A stretch of 64,000 nt of DNA from Pocillopora damicornis (taxonomy: Eukaryota): NCBI RefSeq assembly GCF_003704095.1, contig NW_020844837.1, forward strand, positions 434,001 to 498,000, written 5' to 3'. This document shows, in pieces, positions 41,169 through 53,610 of this stretch. The translations under genes and the position numbers were made by a program. A model generated the notes under the pieces. That model saw only the letters and a program-made list of their open reading frames with translations, was not told the DNA's origin and searched no databases. How positions within the stretch are numbered: position 1 is the first letter of the stretch; each line of letters starts with the position of its first letter.

Positions 41169-43305
41169 CACAAATAGTAGCCGAATTCTTGGGTGGTTCT
41201 TTGAGTCCATGAAAACCTTCAAAACTAAGGGATGGCATATGTTGCTAATTTTTTTCAGGTTACCTAGCTCCCAGGATCCCACGGGACTGACGGCTTAAGA
41301 GAAGGGACGACATACCTCAAGCTTCGAAATCGTTCCTTGTCTGAAAATTGTTAAACTTCCGACGACAGCATACAATTTTTCTACCGCATTTTTAATGATT
41401 TCTCACAAACTTCTGTTAAAAATTTTAAACTCCATCAAGCAGCTTCTTTCCAATGGTTGTCTCTCATCTACTTACCTTTTAAACCACAGGAGTGATGAAA
41501 ATCTCACTTCCCCCAACAATTACAAGAAATTATTCCACTGCACAATTGATGGAGATAGGCAAACCAGCCAACTAGATGGTGCAATCTCTATTAAGCTTGA
41601 TATAAAACCAAATTCTCCAAACTCCTTTCGAGGGAAAAGTGTTGAAATTAAATGGGAAGAGACTATCACTGATCTTGAGACTACAGTGTACATGGCTAAG
41701 AGATTCTATTCCATTCTAAACAGTTAACCTTTTAATTTCACCTTAGCCCTTTCTTAAAATAAGGACTACATAAAGACCACAATATAATTTAAATAATTTC
41801 ATAAGTTTTAACAATAACTATTCCATGCTGCAGCTTAATAGTGGCAGTCTCAACTCACGGTTGTTTAACTAATATCAATACATCTATCTGAATAATAGGA
41901 CTGCTCCAAAACATGATATGCACCGATAAAAGAGAAAAAAACTGATAGTGTTTTTACAAAGAACATCCATTGACCCAAAAGGATGCAAAGCTACCTTATT
42001 TTCTGGGTAAACTTGCTGTATTGCATGGCAAAGGGCACTTTTTTTAGAGTGAGTGTACACCAAAACCTAAGTAATAATCACAGCTAATCAGGAGCATATT
42101 TTGCAAGGAGCCAATGAGAAATCAAAAGAAAAACATATAGCTCTAGCATCATAATTAGTTTCAATGACTTTCCACTTAAATTACAGCACATAAAAAGGCA
42201 AAAAAATGACAATTGCAGGCACACATTACTTTTGCCAGTTATGAAAAATTTGCAATGATTTTGCAATCTCTAAAACATATGTAATGCAATGTTTGATTAG
42301 AAACCTCTTAAACTGCAAAGCTATAGCAATTGAAGATGTTAAACCCTCACTTCTGTTGAGGATTGATTGATTAACTAATCAGAATACCTGATCTCATACA
42401 AATTTATCATTATTACTTAATGACAAGCTCTGTTTGTACTACCTTTATAATTTTGCTTGCTGTGTATAGCTTAAAAATTCATCTCCTTCTTTAAGAAGTA
42501 TAAAAGTACTTAAGTATCCTCAAGGTAAACCTCTACAAAAATGAACTGATAGAGGACAAAAAGATCGAGTTCCAGTCACTTTAGACACAGCTGATTTTAA
42601 ATTAAACTACAGTTCCACTCAGTAGTAAGTTAACAGTCCTTTGAAACTTAATTGTGGATACTTGATCCTTTACATGCAAAACTATTGCATAAAATGTGCA
42701 AGACAGCATTACCTATATATCAAATTGCTTATCACAGAGCCAATGAAAAACTAGATCTACTTTTCTCTCATAACTATCTCCTTACCTTCCTAAATTATAA
42801 ACATAGAAGCCCTTTTACTTCCAAGATTTCAGTATCAATTCTATTTACTCTGTGTAACACATTTCTTATGATTCCAAAGCTGACAAATTGGTGATGAATC
42901 AAGCAATATCCTCTATTTTGATTATTCTCTTTCTCCTCATCACCTCTCTAATGAACAATGTAATAAAGCAAAGGCACAATCACTTGTTGATATTTCTTGG
43001 AAGTGAAAGGGTCAGTTTGTCTGTGATTTACTATGTTGTCAAGCCGTCATATGAGGGGTCCACTTTGAGAGGGTAGCAAAGGGTCTAGATGTGATGTGAG
43101 ATTAAAGCCAAAATTAAGTCAAACATGATATGTGAACCCTGGATTTTTTTTTTTCATTTTGTGAAAGCCTCAACATTTCCCTGAAACTTTGCTCCAAGAA
43201 GAGAGCTTTGAAATTCACCCCTTTGAATTTGAAATGTATAAAATGCTGTTAAAAGTATATGTGATTTGGAATTTTTCTAAAATTTGTGCATAAATGGGAT
43301 CAGGA

Positions 43306-43333
43306 CCCCCCCCCCCCCCCCCCCCCCCCCCCC
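43306..43333. repeat. Poly-C tract (~28 nt)
   Basis: Uninterrupted C run. Confidence 0.9.
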
Positions 43334-43635
43334 GTTTTGCTACCCTACTTTCACATCTCTTCTAGCATAGGCTTTTATGACCAAATTAAAATGGGTTCAC
43401 TTACCTCACTTATCCCAGTATGACCTACACAAGGACAATTTTTTTTACAATCAAAGGCTTGTTTAGTTGGTGGTCATTTCCTCATCTTGTGATGTTGATG
43501 TTTGATTTAGGGGTGATATTGTAAGGAAAAATTACCAATAGATGCTAGTCACTCTAACTGGCCAAAGGGTTTATTGGAAACCTGTTGACATGCTTTGTCT
43601 ATCCCTACAATTTCAGTTTACAAATAGTACTTGAA

Positions 43636-44721
43636 TTATGCATTAGCTCCATGATCTTGTTCTCTGTTTTCTATGACTGTCACCTCCATATCATCATCAT
43701 CATCCTCTGGTTTGGGACTTGGTACCTCATCCCGCCTGATATATGTAGCTCCCAGCAATGATGGGTTTGGACAGCAACAGGTTCTCTGCATTGCCAGAAT
43801 CAGTGACTTCCTAAACTTCCTTAAACGCCAGGCAAAAACAAAAGGATCCATGGCAAACTTCCACAACAGGAAAAGCTGGGCAATCATCAATGCAATATAC
43901 CCGTTCAATGTAAAGTTGAACAGCACTAGGGCTAAAGTTATACAGAATGGCCAAACAGTTATGATCAACATTGCTGTCAAGATCAATGTTCCGTACACAA
44001 AATCTTTTTCAGCCTGTCGTCTCCGCTGTTCTGACTCAGTAGCTTCTGCAGAAAGTCCTTCCTGTCCTGCATTTTCCCCTAAATCAGCATTTCGATGTCG
44101 TTCAGCCAGCTTACGGAACTGGAAGTAAATGGCTATGTACAGTACTAGAAGGGCAATAGTCAACAGTGTTACATGCAGTATCAAGTCCGTCAAGATGTAG
44201 GCGAAGTCATCAACATCAAACATTTCAGGCAGCAATGCGAAAAATATTGCATAAATCCAAATGAAAACCACTCCGTTGCGCGCAGATTTTGGGCTTACAA
44301 ACTTGTCGTAAATTCTGGGGCTGTTTATCAGTAAATACTGAATAATCCCCAGTCCTAACATAATGAGGAAGGATGCGTTCATAGTGAAAAATGAAAAAGC
44401 TTGAGCGAAGCGAAGAAATTTCCACAGGTCTTCTGAATCGGAGGTGTAGGCCCAGAGATAGAACACCACATAAGCTGGCTCCACGATCAAACCAGTCAGG
44501 AAATTGGCGCTTGTCAAGCCAGCGATGAAGATCGCCGACGGAGTTCGAAGACACTGGAGCGGGTCTTTGTAATACGTAAACAGAAACACGCCATTGCTAA
44601 TAACTGTTGCTATAGCAAGTACAAACAAAACCATGATGGAAAACGCTTCTACCATGAAGTAGACATGATAATCTTCAGAGTATGTAGAATTTGTGGCATT
44701 TGTAAGATTGGATGAATTCAT
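43636..44721 (-). CDS. Intronless class A (rhodopsin-like) orphan GPCR, 361 aa
   Basis: Seven hydrophobic segments, N-terminal sequons, TM1 SN, KDPLQCLRTP in ICL1, TM6 WP, TM7 DPFVFAWRL, acidic tail. Confidence 0.93.
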   Translation of the reverse strand: MNSSNLTNATNSTYSEDYHVYFMVEAFSIMVLFVLAIATVISNGVFLFTYYKDPLQCLRTPSAIFIAGLTSANFLTGLIVEPAYVVFYLWAYTSDSEDLWKFLRFAQAFSFFTMNASFLIMLGLGIIQYLLINSPRIYDKFVSPKSARNGVVFIWIYAIFFALLPEMFDVDDFAYILTDLILHVTLLTIALLVLYIAIYFQFRKLAERHRNADLGENAGQEGLSAEATESEQRRRQAEKDFVYGTLILTAMLIITVWPFCITLALVLFNFTLNGYIALMIAQLFLLWKFAMDPFVFAWRLRKFRKSLILAMQRTCCCPNPSLLGATYIRRDEVPSPKPEDDDDDMEVTVIENREQDHGANA

Positions 44722-45787
44722 GACTTGTTTGCGGAAAATATTCAGCCAGCGCCTAAGTTACAGATCTGATATAACAGCTGGACGACAGCAAATTCAGAGC
44801 TTTAACACTTCCTCGGAGGGTTATTTTCAAAGCAATTCTTTAGCAACCACTGTTAGAGGGAAGAGTCTTCGAGATCTATTTCGTAACGGCGAAGTTACCC
44901 AAGCATTGAGACTATATGATCAAAGATGGAAAATTGCAGCTTGCAAGCTGCGCACTACTGATCCGCCCACGCCAAATGCCGTCGGGACCTGGGTGAAAGT
45001 CACGCAAACGTATCTGATGAGGTTGTGTGACTAAAGAATAACAAAAAAAAAGTTGTAGATGAAAAATGTCTTTCATATTTCTTTACTTTCAGCAACAAAA
45101 GCATATCTCGTAAATTATATTAATAAGAATAACCTCTGCTATGGAGAAGATAGCACTGTTCAACAGATGTTCCTTATAATTCCAAATTCGTTAGAAGTCA
45201 CCCAATAATGTTCTTTCACTGTTGGCGTCAGTGAAAGCGAAGACAAACAACCGAACAAAAGAACAAATAAACAAAGACAGTGTATTTGCAGCCTTGCCTT
45301 CAGATTGCTGTCGCGTGATCGCTCCCTAAAACTCGTATAATACAGGACAGACATTTCGAATCCTGGAAACCGCAGCTGAGGTTTGTAAATTATTAAGATC
45401 TTAGCTTTTGATGGTTTTTCGCCTCAAGTTTCACCGCAGTCATTACCGAACAAATATTAATAATAAATAAGTTTTTTTTCCTCTAAAAATAAAATAATCA
45501 TTCCTTTGTTTCTTCTGTATATTTGCAGAACAATCAATTCCTTAGGTCCGAATAATGTTGACGAATTTCAATGCCCGAAGCATCTAAACATTGCGCGCAA
45601 AAGGGGCAAAAGTATTTGATCTCTAATTTCTCATATGAATACTGAACTATTATTTTTAGTGAGGAGTCTCATTTCCGCGTCTGCCGGAACGAAGCTGAGT
45701 TCGTAGAGAAGTGGACCACGTGCAAGCTTTATTTGGTTCTTACGTCCCTTTCAAAGACCCTCTCGTGTTTTCATAGCCGAAGAAGAT

Positions 45788-46843
45788 ATGTCAAGTTCAT
45801 CGAATGCGACATATTCCTCCAGCGGTCCCCATGAGGACTTCGACATTTACTACGAGATAGACGTAGCCTCCATCGTTGTCATGCTGTTCTTAGCTGTTGT
45901 AACGGTTATCAGTAATGGGGCTTTTTTATGGACTTTCTACAAAGATCCACTAAAATGTCTCCGAAAGCCGTCTGCAATTTTTATCTCCGGTTTGACGAGC
46001 GCTAACTTTGTGAGCGGCCTGATTGTGGAGCCATCTTTTGTGGCGTTCTATTTCCGACATTTCCTCTCGCACTCGGCGGAATTTCTTCAGTACTTCAGTG
46101 TTGCGCAGTTGTTTGCTTTTATGACCACAACTACCTCATTCCTCGTTACTTTGGCACTGGCGATAGTTCAATACTTACTTATCAAGTTTCCCAGCAGTTA
46201 TCAGAAAATCGTGAGCCCTGTATCGGCATTTGTCGGCGTACTTTCCATTTGGATTTATTCGTTAATTTTTGGCTTGATTCCATTGATGTCTAACGTCAAC
46301 AGATTTGCATATGTGTTGACGAACCTTGTACTTCATATAATGATACCGACTGTTTTACTTGTAATCTTGTACATAGCTATTTATTTGGAGTTTCGGAGTC
46401 GTTTTCAAGTTAACTCTGACAGAAGAATGGAAGTACAACAAGCCTCATTTCAACTCACAGAATCCGAGGAACAGCGACGAAAAGCAGAAAAGGATTTCGC
46501 CGTCGGAACGTTCATTTTGACCTTTGTACTAATAATCCTTGTCTGGCCATTTTGTGTGTCTCTGTACATGGTGAACTGTTGTTTCACAAGGAGAACAGCT
46601 TTAGCAGTGAGAATCGCTCAACTTTTCTTACTGTGCAAGTTTGCCGTGGATCCGTTCCTGTTTGCTTGGCGTTTTCAAAAGTATAGGAAGTCGTTGTTTC
46701 TAGCAATGAGAAGTATCTGTTTTTGTTTCAAGCCAACGTTACCGCGCGCCATAATTGTCAGAAAAAATGAAAAAAACAGTCCTAAAACTGATGAGGATGA
46801 TGATGATGAAGAGGGACTCGAAGTAACTGTCGTGAGGGACTGA
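45788..46843 (+). CDS. Intronless class A orphan GPCR, 351 aa, paralog of 43636-44721
   Basis: Shared motifs YKDPL.CLR.PSAIFI.GLTSANF, AEKDF..GT, KFA.DPF.FAWR, acidic tail plus EVTV. Confidence 0.93.
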   Translation: MSSSSNATYSSSGPHEDFDIYYEIDVASIVVMLFLAVVTVISNGAFLWTFYKDPLKCLRKPSAIFISGLTSANFVSGLIVEPSFVAFYFRHFLSHSAEFLQYFSVAQLFAFMTTTTSFLVTLALAIVQYLLIKFPSSYQKIVSPVSAFVGVLSIWIYSLIFGLIPLMSNVNRFAYVLTNLVLHIMIPTVLLVILYIAIYLEFRSRFQVNSDRRMEVQQASFQLTESEEQRRKAEKDFAVGTFILTFVLIILVWPFCVSLYMVNCCFTRRTALAVRIAQLFLLCKFAVDPFLFAWRFQKYRKSLFLAMRSICFCFKPTLPRAIIVRKNEKNSPKTDEDDDDEEGLEVTVVRD

Positions 46844-48404
46844 TTAAGATAAACACTTTTAAAAGATTGATATAAGATAAGGCTAATCTGTGACTAATCT
46901 TCTCAGGCGTTCTATGGGATGTCACGCAACATTCCTCCCAAAAGGGGCTTTATTCGAGGCAGAGTTATCTGACATCTTTAACGGCTGTAGAAGAGTATAA
47001 TGTTTGGCAAACGCTACATATATAATTCAGGAATATTGATAGATCTCTTGCAAGAATAACGTAGACGGCAAATTCTAATAAATAGTGGAATATCCTAGAA
47101 TGGTTTTAGAATGTCAAGGGGTGTCAATTCTTGATTACAGGCATTCAAAGCCATGTTTGTGATCAGTAACCCTATTACTTTCAAGTTGATCAATGTTGGT
47201 ATGTCCTGCATTTATTTGACGAGTAGAATCATTAACATCATTCTCTTCAATTGTTTTGTAGAGGAACTCTAACGCTTGGCGGAAAGAGTAATATTCCTGT
47301 TAAAATGATTTTCATTCTATTTATCTATTCCTGACAAAATTACTGTACAAGACTTTACACAGTCTAGCGATACATCATTTTACGCTAGAATGGTACAATA
47401 CACTAAAAAACTGCCCTACCATATTACTAATAGTTTTTTAGTGTATTCAATAGTTACAGTTGTATTTTACAAAACTATGATGAGTTGACAACATATTCCT
47501 GTCCAATGTAAAGTTCTGCCCTATTTGTGGGTTGCTTTTATCTTGGCTATGAACACCTACCTATAAAGACAGATATTGCATTTATATGAATAAAATTCAG
47601 TTTATAATATAAGGTGTTTCAGATATAATGTAGTCTTCAGCAGTATCAAAACATCCAAAAATAACTTGTTCTGATGTTACAACTAGAGTTACTACATTAG
47701 TCAATAGTAAGATGAAATACAGTGCCAAAATGATTTTTTTGCATTAAGGGATTCTATGTCGGGAACCGTGAACAATGCCTTAAGTCGTTTTTAGTTTCGC
47801 TGTTGTTTTTGTCATGACCGGAAATGTCTCCAATCAATCAATTTCCCAGAATGTACTTTGTGCTCCGAGGTATCACGTTTCTTTTCTAGTTGGTTGAGAA
47901 ATCCTGCACGCGGTCGAGTTGTTGTTGATGCTTTAGTTATACCTGGATTATATTCGTCGATTAAAAGAGTTGATTAATCAGGGAACGTGTCTTTGGTGCG
48001 TTTTCGACATCTAACTCTGATTTGCAAAGGCGCAGAGAGGTGAGTCGATCTTTTTAAATTTGAAAAGGTTTTCTTTGGCGAAAACAACGATTTTGTTCAA
48101 AATATTCCCATATAATTGTATTAAGAGTAGTATTAAACGCTAGAGATCAGATTTCTTTATACTCTACCGAAAAGGTAGGGTGTTTTAGAATTAATAATAT
48201 ACATGAAAAAATTAGTTCTGATTGGTTAAGATAAATGCAGTTTTCAGGTAATTCAATGCAGAAGAGGCTTAAATTCAGTGCAAAGAAAGTAACAAACCAG
48301 ACGCTCTGATCGGTCAATACTCATAGAAAATCACAGAGAGCCAGTAAAATGCGAGCCTTGGATGTCGCGACATTTGGATACGCTGAAAATTTGCGAGAGA
48401 AACA

Positions 48405-48610
48405 ATGGCCGGTGTATTAAGTAGGTTTTCTTTCGCCACCGCAACAACGATTCAGCGGCGGAAAAACAGCTCTAACAACGAAAACACTGTTGGTTGTCGG
48501 TTTGGAAAAAGTGGTGTTTAGAGAAAGGAATTGCCAAGGAAATCGAAAATTATGAGCCGACCCAGCTTAACACTTTACTCGAGCGATTCTTCGCCGAAAT
48601 TAAACCTCGA
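48405..48610 (+). mobile_element. Crypton/DUF3504-like tyrosine-recombinase element fragment
   Basis: SRF...NENT...VWKKWCLEKGIAKEIENYEPTQLNTLLERFFAEIK resembles the region N-terminal to DUF3504 in Crypton/ZMYM/KCTD1-like proteins; frameshifted and truncated. Confidence 0.55.
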
Positions 48611-49534
48611 AACGACGATTCCATTTCATCGAAAGTGATTCGGACACAGACTGAACNNNNNNNNNNNNNNNNNNNNNNNNNNNNNNNNNNNNNNNNNNNN
48701 NNNNNNNNNNNNNNNNNNNNNNNNNNNNNNNNNNNNNNNNNNNNNNNNNNNNNNNNCTTTGGTGCGTTTTCGACATATGACATATTATCCTAAGCTGAGT
48801 GTTGACTGACTCATAACAAAGTTGTTTTTCGAGTTCTCGATCAGGGTAACGAAATCAAAGTATTTTATCGTCTGGTCGTCACACACTATACGCTAAGCCA
48901 CCGCGGTAGCTAGCTCTCTACGGTCAGCTGATAAGTGATAAGTGTACATTGACTCCAAAGCAAGTGACTGAACAGTTCTGTACGAGTTCACCAGGGGTGA
49001 AATTCCCGTGTCAGAATTTCGTCATCTCAAACGAGGCGAGTAGTTGCAGCAATATGTCCCCCGCTAGCGTCATTCCGAACTATCACCCCCTATCCCCCCC
49101 TCCACTAATTCAAATGAAACTTCCCCTTTTCTTCTAAGAGGCGGAAAATGAAAGATTATTTGTTTGCTTTTCTAAGAAACTGAAAAATTGGTAATTTAGC
49201 AAAGCAATCGAACCTTCCAACAGAAACGATTCAAAACATATCCAATATAATGCAAAGGCTTGAAAACTATAGGTATAGAGTACTTTATTATTGATAAAAT
49301 GAAGTCTTGATCGCATGCTTTCAAAATACATCGGGTTAATATAGCTGGTTGTATTACAGTTAAATCTTTTCAATTTTTTTCGAAACTTTTCCGGAAAAAT
49401 AAGAAAGTAACAAATTATCGCATCAACAATATTCATTATGATAAAAATACTAATATATTAATAAGTTAAAGGGGCAAGCTCAAAAGCTTAACGATTACCC
49501 TATCCTCTAGGCTCCAAAACCTAAATTTGCTTGT

Positions 49535-49680
49535 TAAATCGGACACTAATGTCCAAAATCCAAAAATGGAAGCTGGTGTCAAGAATCCAAAATCGGACCC
49601 TAATGTTCAAAATCCAACATCAGACCCTTGTATCCAGGAAATTGGACATAAGTGTCTAAAATCCAAAATCGGACTCTTGT
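49535..49680 (+). repeat. Degenerate ~28-30 bp tandem repeat (aaatcggacnctaatgtccaaaatcca)
   Basis: About five imperfect units. Confidence 0.6.
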
Positions 49681-49962
49681 GGCAGTCTAACTAAGAATGC
49701 ATGTTGCCACTAATGTAGCACAATTTTTGTAGTATTAGGAAGACCTAGAGTTTGTGTAATGATGCTAGAAGACGGTGCTAGAGAAGATTTGAAATTTTTT
49801 ATTTTTATCAGCTTTTGTTGTGTCACGGTAAGAACCGAAAAAATTATATCTTTTTATCTGCNNNNNNNNNNNNNNNNNNNNNNNNNNNNNNNNNNNNNNN
49901 NNNNNNNNNNNNNNNNNNNNNNNNNNNNNNNNNNNNNNNNNNNNNNNNNNNNNNNNNNNNNC

Positions 49963-50763
49963 GACGTCATGTTGGCCCAAGAGATCAGGAAACAGGGGAA
50001 GTCTTTTTTTTTCATTCGCACCAAAATTGATATGGATTATCTGAATGAGAGGCGAAAGAAATCTTTCAATGAGGCTGACATGCTGCGCAAAATCCGCATG
50101 GACTGCTTGAAGAACCTGGCTGAGGAAGGTTACAACCCCATCAGCGGTGAAGACAACGTCTTCCTGATAAGCAACCATCATCAAAAGAAGTGGGATTTCG
50201 ATCGACTTACGCAAGCGATTCTTGATGCATTGCCAAGATATCAGCGAGAGTGCCTCACCTTGTCTCTCAATACCCTGACCTGCTTATCAAGAGAAATCCT
50301 TAAGAGAAAAGTTGATGTTTTGAAAGGGCGCATGTGGCTCGTTGCAGGAGCATCTGCTGCAGTCGCATGTGTCCCTCTTGCTGGGCTATCTTTTAGTGTT
50401 GATGCCGTGCTGATATTCAACGAAATTACGCAGTACTTAGCCCAGCTTGGAATTCCTAAAGAAGGGTCGGAAATATTTGAGATTCTATGTGATACCACTA
50501 AACGACAGGTCGTCTCTCTTTATCTCAATTTCGCCAGTATCGCCGGAATTGCCTCGTTTTTTGCATCGGGGGCTAGCGCGGAAGCAGCTGCGGAAGAAGT
50601 TGTGCGTTTTATTCCGTTCATAGGGCCAGCAATAGCTGGCACTTTGTCCTTCGCTGGCACATTTGCCATACTTCGTATAGCTTTGGATAGAATTGAAGCA
50701 GTAGCATTAGCTGTCCTTGAGGACGCTGCCCAACAATCATTTGACGATTTTGATCTTGATTAA
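49963..50763 (+). CDS. Interferon-inducible GTPase (IRG/IIGP family), C-terminal part; 5' end lost at gap
   Basis: LAQEIRKQGKSFFFIRTKID (G4), VFLISN...WDFDRL..AILDALP..QRE.L.LSL, VPLAGLSFSVD, IPFIG..IAG.LSF are typical of IRG proteins. Confidence 0.85.
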   Translation, partial: DVMLAQEIRKQGKSFFFIRTKIDMDYLNERRKKSFNEADMLRKIRMDCLKNLAEEGYNPISGEDNVFLISNHHQKKWDFDRLTQAILDALPRYQRECLTLSLNTLTCLSREILKRKVDVLKGRMWLVAGASAAVACVPLAGLSFSVDAVLIFNEITQYLAQLGIPKEGSEIFEILCDTTKRQVVSLYLNFASIAGIASFFASGASAEAAAEEVVRFIPFIGPAIAGTLSFAGTFAILRIALDRIEAVALAVLEDAAQQSFDDFDLD

Positions 50764-52389
50764 GTTTGTATTAATCCAGTGTTTTGGTTAATTTGATATG
50801 TTGTTCATGGCACTAAGCTAAATTGTGAGTCACGGTTGAGATGGAGGCCAAAACCTAGCTGAAATCCGGCACTCTCTTCTTCAAGATCAGATAGAAATCA
50901 GGAATAAAATTTCCTTTCTAGTTTGTTTAGTAGCAATCTTAACTAGAATATTTTGAAGTCAACTGCAACTCGAAAATCTTTTCGTCGTATCAAAAAACCT
51001 GGCAAGTAACTTTCTGCACAAGGAGACACTGTATACAAATGTATTAATTCATATACGAGATGTAAAGTTATCTTGATTATTTCTGGGAGACAGATTCTAG
51101 CTTTTTCTTCTCATTAACATAATCACGGGTCTTCGAAGTCACTTGAGACTCAGTCAATGGCTTAAAACATCTTTTCATATGGCACGTATATCACCCAAAC
51201 TGATTCGTGAAGAATGTAACGGTTTTCTTGTAAATTTACAAATATCTCTTAAACCAACTAAGTGAAGCCAAACAATCAAAAGTGCCTAGAGAATTAGAGA
51301 CAATGTCAGCTCTTTCAATAAAATTAAAGAGTGTAACTATCTCTGCCTACCGTTCAGCCAGTGAAGCTCATAAGATATTATCCATTGGAGTTGTGCCAAT
51401 CTCAGTTTTGTTTTTCTATAAGGCATATTTGATTAATTAATTGTTTGGAAAGTAAAGCAATAAGTAGGGATAATTAGACAATGACAATACTATCTGTTGT
51501 AGCTAAATGTTTTTAGGATAATGATAATATTAGGAAGATTGGGTAATAGCTTTGTAGGTGAAGAATTGTGAAATCTTCGGTTTTCATTGCTTATTTGATG
51601 GAACATTGCTCATGGTAATTATAATCAATTAATTTTTTTGCTATTTTCTCCTAGAACGCTGAATTTATTCAGCCTGTTTTGTTAGCGAGTAGTTAAATGA
51701 CTCTTTGTAATAAAGAAGTTGAGAGATGTAGCTGTCTTTCAAGAACTTTTACTCAAAACTCGAACTCGCCTTTGGAAGGAGTTTCATGGCCGTATTCAAG
51801 GGACTTCCCGCCCTTGAGTAGAAGTACAAAAGCCAGATTAATCCATTCACACTCGATATGTGATTTGTCGAGGCTATAGGGTCATCTTGCTTTACAATTC
51901 GACAAATATTTTCGCTCGCGCACGATCACTTTGGACGAGTTACAAGACCAAATTTGCCCCTAGGGAATGTTCCATGATATTCCTCAATTTTAAAACTTTG
52001 AGTCCTATGCATTTATTTAAAGGTAAAGCGGTCTAGAGAGCATTCTGCCGCTTCTACTGGAGAGAGAGACTTTTTTCCTGAAATGGCTCTGAAATATCAA
52101 CGAAAGATTGCAACGATAACCGAATATGCCTCAGCTAACACCGACGACAATCCAGCACTACATCCAAAGTGATATTCAAAATTTGTAAACCTTCGTTTGC
52201 AAATTCAAAGTGTTCGTCTAAGATTGAGTTCAAGATGAGAAAGCAGTTAGCTGTTGTTACAGAGGACGGGACATGTTTGTTTGTTCATAAAGTCGTTACC
52301 AGTGCACACTGAAAAGTATACGTCTCACGCAGCAAACGATAAGCTGTCGGTAAACATATTTCCTGTGCTTCGCAAAAATATTTGATGGA

Positions 52390-52565
52390 TACTAAACACA
52401 GTAGCCTCCATTTGGGGCTAAATTATGCTCGTATATTTGTCCTTAAACATTATCAGCTCCTCGTAGCCCACGGTTTTCGTGAGCTTTGCTCTGGGGAAAA
52501 GTGTTCGCTTTTCGGACAAACATCCGAGCCTATTTTTGCGCCAAATGGAGGTTATTGTTTATATA
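52390..52565. repeat. Dispersed repeat end with internal inverted repeat
   Basis: tagcctccatttggggctaaattatgctcgtatatttgtcc pairs imperfectly with ggacaaacatccgagcctatttttgcgccaaatggaggtta. Confidence 0.65.
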
Positions 52566-53610
52566 ATTTCAAGCTAATGTTTATCACCCAGCACGAGACG
52601 ATTAAAATATTGAGGCAAATATTTTTCAAAATAGACGCTTTCCGATCTCTCGAAATTTCTGAGAAAAAAGCAAATAGAATATTAGAAAATTAAGCTCATT
52701 TGACGTTTACTTTAGAATTATCCAAAACAATTTACTTCCCTCAAGCTCAGTGAATATTTTTGATGCCGTTTTTTTAAAGTACATTGGATAACAAATCACA
52801 AAGAAAGAGCCAAGGTTTTCTCTTGCACTCTGCAAATAACCTGTTTGACCAAACTCATATGCGACGATGAAGCAATTAAGAGCGATTAAATATTTAAATT
52901 ACCATGTCATATTTTCACACTGACGGATAATTTTGATGAGGCCTTCGATGATTCCACAGAACAAATCGTAAATAAAGACTGGAATTTCCGTAAAAGGAGG
53001 AGCAGCAGAATAGGATATGTTTCTCGTTAATGTCGTTTGCGATCTCAACCACAAAGCGTTTTTGTAGGTTATCAAGGTTCTGCTGATTCGATGTTTGTCT
53101 TTTTTTTTTTAATCTTTTTTTAATCACTACAAAGATGTGGAAAGCTACGGGCGTGACCTAAATAATAAACATTCTCTTCTGTAGTAAAATGTAAACTTTC
53201 TTAGGTACAACAGATCTGTCACTAATTAATCACTGACCACTGGCTTTTATTCCACATGTACAGACTTTGGTAAAAAAGTGGCAATAAATTGTATTTGAAG
53301 TAAAGGTGTCAAACTGTCTAAACAACAAAGCGGACAAATACTTGTTACAACTAATGACTTCTTCAGAAATTCAATACATTTTTTAAAACAATTATCAACT
53401 GAAAACATTAACTTGCGGTCCCCCAAAAAAACAGAACTACAGCCTGCTTTTCAACAGTAGAAATGTTCCTGAATCCTCTCGAACCATTGATGAGATCAGT
53501 TTCCAATCAATAATCTTTTGAAAAAGCTCAACTCTAAGTAACTGTATTAAAGGTTTGAGTCATTTCGCAAAATAACATTAGTCAAGGTTCCCCATTAACT
53601 GCGGACACCT

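Noticed and set aside
41395-41727. 110-aa plus-strand ORF upstream of paralog C
   Set aside because: No recognisable motif or convincing exon chain; cannot be supported without a search
43673-44128. 151-aa plus-strand ORF (and similar ORFs at 53867-54121, 49765-50214)
   Set aside because: Antisense shadows of real CDSs
49759-49962. N-terminus of the 334-aa IRG ORF, and QGKS as a P-loop
   Set aside because: ORF is artificially joined through Ns; QGKS lies just before G4 and is not a GxxxxGKS motif
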